A stretch of 32,040 bases of DNA from Paramecium tetraurelia (Eukaryota), in contig CT868669.1 of NCBI GenBank assembly GCA_000165425.1, positions 310,001 to 342,040 on the forward strand, given 5' to 3'. Made by a program: the position numbers and the translations under genes. Shown here one piece after another: positions 13,036 through 24,007 of this stretch. Numbering within the stretch: position 1 is the stretch's first letter; every line of letters starts with the position of its first letter. The notes below the pieces were generated by a model. The model had not been told where the DNA came from and searched no databases. It saw only the letters and a program-made list of their open reading frames with translations.

Positions 13036-14936
13036 ATGTCTAAGTAAAATAAAACTCTCATCTTTGATTAGGCAGCAAGACACGCGAGAATTAAAAAAGA
13101 AAATGAGGAGTAATTATCATAGGCATTGAGACTTTATTAAGAATATGGAAAAATAGAAAATAACGAATTGATAGCCACAGTAATTGATTCACTCTCTACA
13201 ATTGAATTCTTTAAACAAAATTGTCCAGAAGGAATGAAATTAAGCGAATTTGTTGCAAATGCAATTAAATATTTTTAATTTGAACAGTATGATTATGGAT
13301 AGCCAATATTTCATTATGGTGAATATGGTGACAAAATGTACATAATATTAAAAGGAGAAGTTGGTGTATTTGGGCCTAGGCCATTAGATGATATTAATAG
13401 AGATATGGAGTAATTAAAGAAATCAGAAGAGGTAGAATTAGTGAAGGTATAAAAAAAGTAGTTAGCAGTAAATTTTGATAACCTACTTAAAATGTAAGGA
13501 GAAAAATACTTTAAAGATGGAGTACTCTTATATCAGAAGGTAATAATATATCGATCTGTAGATTTTTTAATATTATTCAGGATAAAGTTTTGGCGATGTT
13601 GCATTAACATCAGATAAGCCCAGATCTGCTAGTATCATTGTCTATTCAGAGAGGGCATTCTGTATAACTATGAGGAGAAATGATTTTAAATAGATCTTTC
13701 AGAAATCCATTTAATAAGCCAGAAATACTATTGATTATTTTATGAAGATATTTCCAGGAACTCTGAAATTTAATATTTCTAAATTCATTTAATATCTAAG
13801 ACCAATTGTTTTTCATAGCAAAACCATATTATGGTAAATTGGAGATGAACCATAATTCTTTTTTATAATAGTGACTGGTAGAGTCTAACTTTATAAACAT
13901 TTTGATTAAGATACTTTAATGGGGAAAAAAAAGAATTCAAACTTATCACATGACAAGTTATATTTAGCGAAATAATCTCATAAATCAAAGATAATTGTAT
14001 TAATTTATTATAATAAATAAGTTAAGCCAATTATCAGATGGTAGTATAATTGGCTAGGAAGAATTAATCGAAGATTTACCTTATAGGAAATACTGTTGTG
14101 AGGTTGTAGATAATACAAGTGCTTATTATATGGAATAATCTGATTTTAGAGCCATTCAAGGAAATCACCCTGATATTATGGAATGTTTAAAAGAAAGAGT
14201 TTAAATTAATAGAGATTACATTGATAAAAGGTAAAGATTGATTTTAGAAAACTTTAAAAACTATGATGATTATTTGAGTTCTCTCAATAATAATCTAAGT
14301 TCTTAATCCTAATTGAAAGATCTCTTTCTCAATATTAATAATAAACAAATCTGTATCAGATCTTAAAAAAATTTGAAGGTATCTTAGAATGAAATTCTTT
14401 TGCAACATATTGACTATGACTAAAAAAGAAAATCTCTTGAACCAGAGGAGGAGTCCGAATTAAGATTTATAATAAATAACAACAATTTATAACAGATCAG
14501 AGATAGATTTGTCAGACAATAATAAAATGAAAGGGATTGTCTATCCTAATAAAAATAAGCACATAATAGAAAGCTAATAACACAAATATTAAAAAAATAT
14601 TAGTATAAAAAAATTTAACACGAAAAAAAAGAAAGAAAAAGAAACTCAATTTTTATTACTTCTTCGTAAACTTCGATTGGCTAGACAATTGAAACTGAAA
14701 ACTCAATTGATATTTTGAGATAATAACAATTACAACGTTCTTCGGTGATAATTCCTACTCACGTAAAACTAAGGGCAAGAAAATAATCGAGTTAAAAGAG
14801 CTATAATAATAATCAGACACTAAATCATTTAACAGAAATAGAAAGTAGAACTCATCAATAAACAAACATTACACATATTACCCCTAGTACTTGTAAATTC
14901 TTTAAGACAATACGATCCATTTCAGGAAAATGCTGA
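13036..14936 (+). CDS. Tandem cyclic-nucleotide-binding (cNMP) domain protein, ~617 aa
   Basis: IFHYGEYGDKMYIILKGEV...GQSFGDVALTSDKPRSASI, and a second degenerate domain LWQIGDEPQFFFIIVTGRV...GSIIGQEELI. Introns at 13540-13561 and 13997-14021. Confidence 0.9.
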
Positions 14937-14996
14937 TTATAAGAATTTTTGATAAAATTATGAATGATATACTTTTCCCTTTAAATATGATAACTT

Positions 14997-16669
14997 TCAC
15001 AAATCATCTAATTATTTTTATAATCTGATTTGGAAAGTCTTATCTTCTATCTTGAATTTGTTTAAATGTTTGAACAATTCATCTATTTTGATCTAATATG
15101 TCTTCTATCTTATAAGCATTAAAATATCCTAAATTAAAAATTAAAAATACTTCATATTCACATTTCAATAATTCTGGTTCCAGATTTGACAATACTGCTA
15201 ATGTTAACCTAATTAAGAACAAATCTCCTTCACATAAAAAATAATCCCAAACTTTGCTCGAAGTTATTAAATTGAATGCCCTTGAAAAAACTGTGTAAAA
15301 CCATTCCACTAAAAATGATTGTTTTGGCAAATTGATCTAATTAAATTTGTTTGCTAAAACTGGTAACTTTTCTTGGAAAAAAGAATCAAATAATAAGAAG
15401 TAAGCTTCTAAATAATGGCTTTTAAATTAATAGAATGTCCTTAACAATTGGCTTTTGAATAAAATATTGGCTAAACATTTCAAGGCCTTTTGCTTAGGCA
15501 TACGAATTAGAAACATGAATGCTAAGTACGTCATTCCTTAGATATATCCCATATCTGGTCTATAAATCTTAAAAGATAGCTTGATTTAATACATGAAATA
15601 TGGTAAGTATCTCTCTTAAGTCGTCTTTCAACTTATCTGAATTTTCAAAATCATTGATAATAGTAAATGTTCTCTAAAGATCACTTAATAACAATGAAAA
15701 TACTTATTAATCAAATTCTTTAGTTCATTTGTGATCAATGGGTGATTTGGAATAGATAACAACAATTTTTCATAAAGTTATTTATTAATTTATAATTGAT
15801 TACCAATTAACTAACTTAAATAACATTCTTACAAAAGACCAGATCTTGCCTCTATGTTGTTCTGGATAAGAATTTCTCAATAAATCTCTTAACTTTCCAT
15901 TTATAGCTTTTTCATTTTTATATTTTTCTTTAAATAGTACCATAACTTGATCTTACCAGATTTTCATTTCAAATTGTTTATTTGATATATCCTACATGTT
16001 AAGATTACTTTACTTTAATTTTCTTCATTTCCTCCTCATATAGTATAGTGTATTATGATTTGGGAATACTATCAATTATAGATTAGATCTCAGGTTTGTT
16101 ATTTTTTTAGGGTGTGTGAAATTATTCTAATTTTGAATTGAATTAACATACTTTTTAAATAAATGACTTATTCTTGTTTGACTTCAACACTCTTCCTTTG
16201 ATTTTATTCATCTTAACTTATTTAACTTAAATTATCAGGGGAATCCTGAAATGATGATACAATGTCTACGTGTTTGGTACTTTCTTATTCCTTTATAATT
16301 TATTCCTTTTCAAAATTTGCCTTTTTTAATTGTCTGATTTCTTAATGTAAAGTCTATTTTCAAATAACATTGATACATCTAAAAGTAATTCTCTATCAGC
16401 CCTTTCCACACTTAAATTAACTAACTATAATTCGAGATCTCTAATCTGTGTGGATGTATATTCTTTATATTGAGTAAACATTTCGCTCAAGTTATCATTA
16501 TTTTCTTTGAGGATGTTATTTTATTTTTCAAGTTGGTCAACTTTCTAAAAATAATAGGTTTTGATACTTCAGTTAATTTCTGCTTCTATTCCTGCAATGA
16601 CATGATTGAATCTTTTAAACACACTAATTCATCTTTATAAAAATTAAGTAATTCTTCTTCATTATTCAT
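14997..16669 (-). CDS. TBC-domain Rab GTPase-activating protein with N-terminal coiled coil
   Basis: HRGKIWSF, Arg-finger SDLQRTF, Gln-finger YRPDMGYIQGM (Gln encoded by TAA at 15538-15540), FLVEWFYTVFSRAF...VWDYFLCEG. Several short introns, e.g. 15129-15150 and 15568-15592; not every internal junction was checked. Confidence 0.88.
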
Positions 16670-16781
16670 TAAAATGAATTGTAATTAAATATTTATTGAT
16701 TAACTGAGATGTCCTGATCTTTATACAAAGAATTAACATGCTTCACTCAATTGCCCTCCAAAATACTCATAAAGTTTCATA

Positions 16782-17822
16782 ATGAACTAAATAATCCATA
16801 AACCAAGAATTCTGAGAAATTAATATAGCGTATAGAAATATTCGTAATCAACTGAAGATTTATGCTAATCATTTGAATAGCCTCAAGTGTTGAACTTAAC
16901 AATATCATAATTAAGGGATTTGAAATCTATTAATAAGACAAAAAAGACTAGCTTATGTTCAAAGTCTAAAAGTAAGGAGAAAAATCTACAAGTTTCTGAT
17001 CAAAATCATGAGAGGAAACGATCAAATACCTACCATGTCAATTCTCTAGCCAAAACAGCTCTGTTATTTGTCAACCGTTAAGATAAGAGAATGAAAATAA
17101 TTGAAAATGCAGATAATCATTTTGATATCAAAAACTTAGAATTATTACAAAGTAATTAATAGAGTGTTAAAAATACTCATTTTAATACTACTATAATGAT
17201 ACCAAATTACAATTTTGAATCAACTTTACATTCTTGTGTGTCTTAAACAAACATCTCTTTAGCAAATTAAATCAATATGGTTAAAGAATATGTATCTGAA
17301 ATTAATCAATACAATATTAAATGGACAGAATCAGAAAAAATAACAAAAAATATACCCAAGAAGTTATTAGAAAAGTATGCTACCTCAGATGATACATCAT
17401 TGTATTTAGAATCTTCAAGATTTAAAATTGAAAGAAATTTTAATCAAATTTATAAAGCAGGCAAATTTAGATGGTTATACCCTGGTGAAGAAGCAGCTAT
17501 TATAGAAAGTATAGAATCTTTTTTAAATGATTGCTAAAAAAAGATATCATTACTAATGATGAGCATTTAGAAAATCTTAAAAACAATTATCATTTAAAAA
17601 AGGTTAGAATATTTGTTTAATTATCCTATTTGCATGAAATAAATAGAGGCTCATTGGAAAATTATGGCAACAATCTTTAAATTAAAATAGCAGCATCGTC
17701 ATTATAAAAATTAAGTGACAAACAAGTTATGGAAAGACATTCAAGCTTCAAAAACATTATTTTTAGATTTAAATCTGGATAATAATAAATTGACTCATTT
17801 TGTCAAATAATTATAACTTTGA
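16782..17822 (+). CDS. Hypothetical protein, 346 aa, intronless
   Basis: 1041-nt TGA-free frame from ATG 16782 that contains the ORF-track fragment 17277-17537. No recognised domain. Confidence 0.75.
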
Positions 17823-17877
17823 TTTAAATAGTATTTTTCAATATTTAACATCATCAAAAATGATAAATATTATTTAA

Positions 17878-20000
17878 TCATAAAAATAAATTGGCTAAAA
17901 ATAATCTTTTTTTTCCTCTCTTCATAACTTTGGTAGCATCTCTTCTAGAAACCAGTAAGTAATCTTCTGGAATTTAGAATAATTTCTTTATTTCAGGATC
18001 CTCAATATCTATTTATTTGTATGCTTAAAATGTCACAACAGCATCAATAGTAAAATTGATTGGAATTTCTATTCTGACTGGGAATCCTTTATCGTTAAGT
18101 AGTTATTTAACACTCTCATTTTATAGAACTGTTTGTAAAGATGAAATAAACTCATTCCCATTAGCTAACATTTTTATTATTGGAAGAAACTACTAAAAAT
18201 TTATTGGAAATTCTTAATTAATATAAAGTAAACACGATTCCTATTGTTCTATTTATTAATTACAAAAATACTTTTATCCTCTTCATTTTTAATACTATTT
18301 TGCATGTTTTACTTGACTTATTAATTTTAATTGTCTTATTTAAATGATGGAGAATTAACTAATAATTAATCACCTACTATTTGACTTGTTATTTACTCTA
18401 AATTAAATCTTGCACTTGTAGGATTTTAATCCAAAGATTAATTAAAATATTAATCTTGACTCATAAAATAATTTGATTAATGTTTTTTATTGAAATGTTA
18501 TGATGTTAAAATGCGAAATTCATATTTCTAACAAATCCAATTATTAATTTTCTAATTGACATAATTTCCAAAGAAATTCTTGCTTTTTATTAATTCACAT
18601 TGAATTATTTTCATGTCCCCACTGACACTTTCGCAATTTAATAAGTCCATCAGAATTTGATTCTTCTCTTCAGGATCTATTTCTTGCTAATTTAATTTTA
18701 AAATCTTACAATAGGATAATAGTAGATCTTTTTCGATCTATTTAAAATAGTAACAAATTTACAATTTGAACTGTTTTCCTTTCTTTGTACTGAACCCATT
18801 AATGGATTATATAATACTGTGAGATCCCTTCTTTTATTTTTGTAATTCTTTTTTCCTGCAAAAGTGGAGTCCAATCTCAAAGAGGAACCTGAATACTTAC
18901 ATATATTACCTCTCTTATATATTTTGAATGTGTCATTTGGAGTGAATTTGGAGATGAAAGGAATTAAGCTAGATTTAAATTCCCATTTCATTTCCAGATA
19001 AAAATCATTGATTTTTAATAGTTCCTAATCAATTTAATTTCGTTCCTATTACATATCAAATAGTTTCTTAGAAACTAAGTAATCAAATAATAATGATGTA
19101 GTCAATAAGTCTTTTTAAGCAACCGTTTCTTCGATTGGACTCCACCCATCAGTATCTTTGATAGTAGGGTCAGAGCCATTTGATAGTAATAATCGAATAG
19201 TAGAGAATTGATTCTATTACTATTACAATTTGATAGCTAATAGTAAAGGTGTATTTCCATGTATATCTTTTAAATTTAATATGTCAGTTCTATATTCCTT
19301 TTACAATAATAATACAATTTTGGTCAATAATTAAATGTTTTTACTAAACACAGCTTCAACTATTTGATTTAAAAGGTCTTTTTCATTTAACTTAATGGAC
19401 GATTATTGAGCAAATGATTCATTACCTGGAACATCGATAGTATACTGGCTATTGTTCTAAGATTATTGACATGATCTATTGTTTATAATATTAGAACTAT
19501 TATTATTATTATTGATGCTAGTCTAATTAATATTTGTTAGGTAGAACATCAATGGAGAGTTGACTTATTTAAATGATTGATCAATAGAGTGATCTGTAAC
19601 TTCTTTTGTTTTTTTTATAATGGTCAGCGTGTTATGATTGCTCTCAGAAATAGGAGATGTTTATCTATTTAAGGATGGAGATTTATTTAAATTAACCGAA
19701 TAGTCATCCTTATTTATTGTAATTCTGCTAATTTAGTTGCCAAGCCAAAACTTTTTTGATTTTATTTCATTAAACATCTTAATTTTCTCATTAAAAAAGC
19801 TATTCTTATATTGGCATAGTATGTTAGCATTTTTGTTCTCATCAGAAATATCAAATTCTGATAGTTATATTTCAGAAAAGTCATCGAAAGAGGATTAAGA
19901 ACTCTGACCTTATCTACTTTTGTTAAATTTAAAACAAGTCTAAGATTTGCGAGTACGGGCTCCACTTATCCCTTCAAACAAAGAGATTTTGTTTAAATTT
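17878..20000 (-). CDS. ANKRD13-like protein (ankyrin repeats plus GPCR-chaperone domain); 5' end uncertain near gap
   Basis: DIHGNTPLLLAI, DTDGWSPIEE, DFYLEMKWEFKSSLIPFISKFTPNDTFKIYKRG|SSLRLDST, GFPVRIEIP, LFQIPEDY. Long Ser/Asn-rich N-terminus; the start was not resolved in homopolymer-rich sequence next to the N-gap. Confidence 0.88.
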
Positions 20001-20135
20001 TAGTGGAAATTTATGCCAATTTATTTATTTTTTTTTAAAAGCAACCTTGTTTCCTTTCTTTCTCCCCTTTTTTAAAAGTTTTGATTCAAAATTTCTAAAT
20101 AAAATTTAAAATTTTTAAAATTTCAACACCAAATC

Positions 20136-20152
20136 NNNNNNNNNNNNNNNNN
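20136..20152. other. Assembly gap (17 N)
   Basis: Run of N. Confidence 1.
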
Positions 20153-20176
20153 TTATCATAAATCTCAAGATTCATT

Positions 20177-21175
20177 ATGAAGGAGGCTCCAAAGGGATTA
20201 GCTCTAAATGCAACAAGTTTATCGAGATATGTGTCATAATTCTTAAGCACTTCCAAAGGTAGAGATAAATTTATGGCACTATTATAATATTCATTTGATT
20301 TTTATCATAGTTGTACAAAACATTCAAATTTACTCTATGTATAATAATTGGTTTCATAAAATGATTTAAAATGTTATGTTGTTGCTGAAAAATTTAAGGA
20401 TGTAATAAGTATCACATTATTTTAGAGTATTTCCTAAAGTCGCAAGATATTTAGACTTTTATTTTTCTTAGATGAAATTAAAGGGATATAAAGGTTGATT
20501 AAACAAAACAAGCCATTATTATTCAAAATATTAGCTATTTCAGGACATTATTCAAGTTTCATGTACTATGTAAGTGACAACTTTTTGTGGATAATTGCAA
20601 TTTTGGCATAAAGGTATTCCCTATTGAAGTTAGAAAATTAGCAAAGTCTTATAAAAAGAGATTGAAGCAAGATGGAAACAAAGGAAAAATTCTTTTTCTC
20701 AAATGAGAATTATGATCAACTTGTTGAGATTAACAATATTAATAATATTTAGAGAAAAGTATAATTTAATTAAATTACTAATAGCAAAGAGAACAGGATT
20801 TTGTTAGAGATGACAAAAATAATGACTTAAGATACTTCAAAAAAGTTATAAAATTCTCTGATTAAATTGAGAAGAAAGAGAAGATTTGAAATTCTGGAGT
20901 TAATTTTATCAATCCTAAGATTCTTCATGTTGACTAAATCTCTAAGGATGACAGGATATTAATATCTGGATCCTGTGTTTGTGGCCTGTATCATTATTAG
21001 CAATATTAAAATAGCATGTGGATTAGTATCTTCAGGATTGGCTCTATTTAAAGCTATTTATGAGAAAAGGATTTTTATTTAACTTGATAATTCTTCAAAG
21101 ATAGAGAGTTAAATAAATTCGAAGTTAACGAAAGGATTTGCATCTTCTGGCAAAATGGATGATTCGATTATGTGA
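20177..21175 (+). CDS. PEX11: Peroxisomal biogenesis factor 11 family protein, ~297 aa
   Basis: FLSTSKGRDKFMALLQY and SISQSRKIFRL are PEX11 signatures; C-terminal hydrophobic segment ...CGLVSSGLALF. Introns at 20402-20425, 20614-20641, 20759-20784 and 20988-21014. Confidence 0.85.
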
Positions 21176-21186
21176 ATTATATTATA

Positions 21187-22021
21187 TCATGGTTTTGGTT
21201 GATGGAAATTAGTTTTACATCCTTCACTACATCTAATACACTTATTACAGCAAGTATAGTAATCGTCTGCTCCACATTTTTTGCAAGAATAAAATTTTAA
21301 TTTGCCGCTGTGAAACAAACAGGAATCCTAAATATTAGAATAAATTAATACTATGTAATTTGTTCTAGGGTTGTATAATAGATGACATTATTAACATTCC
21401 TTTTTTGAGCATTTTTGCAATTGCAATTCAGCATATTTGGCTAATGATTCTAAAATTTATGAGATTAATTAATTTTTTTGATTCCCTAACTCTTCCTTCT
21501 ATTTATGCAAATCTTTCAATAATGAAGGATCATTTTATTCTATTCTTGGAGATACATCTTCATCAAATTGCATTAATGAATTTTGTGTGTCCATTCCTTG
21601 ATTATGGATTATATTTGTATGAGATGGCTGTTTTTAATCTTGATGTAGAAACTCATACAAATAGTTGACAGCATTTGGAACCAATTATTTTTGTTATTAA
21701 AATATCGAATTAGTGAATATCTACTCTCTTTCCTAATCTATTTACAATTATTGTTGCTTTAGTTATTCCATTCTTGTTATTTATGTTTCGTATTGATGTT
21801 TTGTTTATTATAACTTTTATTCTTCTTCTTTTTCATTTTGAACATATTCCTCAAGTTTCTTTTGTAAAACATCATTCTCTTTAACAAGTGATTCTGTAAT
21901 ATATATATAAAATACGAATGGTTGAATTATAGCTTTGAACTATTAGTTGAGCATCTTATTCACTCATCATTGGATTATCAGATAAGACACTGCTAGTAAA
22001 TGAGTTTGTCTCCTCGTGCAT
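21187..22021 (-). CDS. Coiled-coil protein with C-terminal Cys/His-rich (CHORD-like) Zn-binding domain, ~262 aa
   Basis: C-terminus CQQCHLLYNPRTNYI|DSCLFHSGKLKFYSCKKCGADDYYTCCNKCIRCSEGCKTNFHQPKP-TGA. Introns at 21894-21915 and 21328-21351. Confidence 0.8.
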
Positions 22022-22063
22022 TTAAAAATAATTTAATTATTAATAATTTATACACGTATAAAT

Positions 22064-22941
22064 ATGTTTAAGACTTTGGCTTTGCTATTAATTGTTAAAC
22101 TCTATGCCTCTGATCTAAATACTTAAAATGCTGAAATTGATGCATAATAATAATAGCAACAATAAGCTGAAATAGAAACTGAAGGTCAGAAGTAATATCA
22201 ATCATAATTATCATAGAGTAATCGCCAAACTTACTGCCTGTTGGGTTTTATCAGTTTAGGAGTTATCAGAAGAATAGAAATAAGTGAATGAAATAATTAA
22301 GAGTCAATCTAATTAGAATAGGGAATCCATTTTTTACAAGATCTAGACAACTATGTTGGAAGAATGTTATTCAAGAGCTCCTGATGAAGAGTTAACTAAT
22401 GTGATGAGATCTATTTAGGACGATAATAAGAATTACAAATCTTTCAAACAATAAATACCAGATTTCAGTTTTGAGTAATTTACTAATGCCTCATTTGATT
22501 GGACTTTCACAAAAAATGACGAAACTTTAATGAAATATATTAGAGTAATTTTTTTAGTTAAACCAATATTAGAGATTTGAAGAATGGGTGACTACTAAAA
22601 ACACTGTTAGTAGCCAAGTGTAATAACCAAATTAGAAGCAGAGTGTTTTTGCTGAGTTAAAGAAGAAGATATCTGAGATGAGTAAGAAGAGCTAATCCAA
22701 AGATTCTGAATCTAATAATAAGGAGTAATTGGATAAATATTAGTTTTACTTATCCAAATAATAGGGAATGAAAGATCCTATCAATTATTTATTTGCTGGA
22801 GTAGCAATTTTTAGTTTCTGTTTTGTGTTTTATCTTGGTATTGATCTTTTAAATATTTAAGTTTATTCCAAAGTTAAGCAAGCTAACTCAGATCCAAGAC
22901 TAGATAAAAAGAATAAGAAACAAAAATCAAAAAAAGAGTGA
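22064..22941 (+). CDS. Type I membrane protein (signal peptide, one TM, C-terminal KxKxx), ~266-274 aa
   Basis: MFKTLALLLIVKLYA signal-like N-terminus; TM YLFAGVAIFSFCFVFYL; ends KNKKQKSKKE-TGA. Introns at 22192-22216, 22545-22572 and possibly 22838-22861. Confidence 0.82.
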
Positions 22942-22964
22942 TTAGATATTAATATTTTATTTAA

Positions 22965-23941
22965 ATGCAATAATATTCACCAAGAGCAATTATTTGGATG
23001 ACATATCTCAATTATTTACCCCAAGATCAAACTCAATAATTGTCATTCCTTAAAAAATAATAACAGCTCTACTATTCTTATTTGGATGAGTTCATTCAGA
23101 ATGAACTCTTAGAGATTTTCAATATTTTGAATAATATAGACTCCGATCAGAATTCTCTCTGTTTTAGTTCATTTCAGACCATTAAAGCCCAAGTCGTCAA
23201 TTCATGTATGGATTATAATGAATATATCCAAAACGAACAGTTATTTGAAATAATTGAAAAAGATGTTCCGTATCTTTATAAACTATATTTAATAGTCGTA
23301 CTTCCTCGAAATAATCAATTATGAAGGAACAAACCAACACCAGATTCTAATAGTACTTTTTTACTGACTCTTATAAACGAAGAAAATAACAAAATGATGA
23401 TGTTGCAACTCATTAAGATATTCTCATAAGAATTTTATATATTTATGGCAAACTTAACCCAGCCATTAAATATATGTAGGGAATGAGTGATTTACTTGCC
23501 CCATTATATTTGATCATTAAAAATGAAGCAGACACATTCTTTTGTTTTACTAAAATCATGGCTCAACTTAAAGATGCATACATTTCCACTCTTGATTTTA
23601 CTAGCACTGGAATAAGGGGACTACTCTTAAAATTTGAAACTCAATTCAAATAAAGAGAGCCAACTTTATACAAGTATTTGCAAAATCTTGGAATTCATCC
23701 TTATATGTATGGTTATAGGTGGATTATCACTTGTATGTCCCGCGAGTTCTCTTTAGATTAAATCTATTAAATATGGGATCTAATGTTGCATAATCGTAAT
23801 ATGCACGATTTCATTATTAAATTTGCCATTGCCATTCTTAAATATTTGAAGCCCTAGTTAATTGAAGCTGACTTTAAATTGGCTTTTGATATTCTGACAT
23901 ATAGTGAAAAAGATGTTAATCAAATTCTCAATTTTATGTGA
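22965..23941 (+). CDS. TBC-domain Rab-GAP (TBC1D13/Gyp1-like), ~316 aa
   Basis: RAIIWMTYLNYLP, IEKDVP|RT (Arg finger across intron 23270-23295), KLNPAIKYMQGMSDLLAPLY (Gln encoded by TAG at 23477-23479), YGYRWIITCMSREF...IWD. Confidence 0.92.
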
Positions 23942-24007
23942 TTTTATTAATTTATACGTGTTTATAATATCTATCAACTATTGATTCTTATTATTAAAAA
24001 TTATCTC

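Noticed and set aside
20000..20135. Homopolymer-rich tract beside the gap
   Set aside because: Looks like low-quality read-end sequence rather than a biological repeat.
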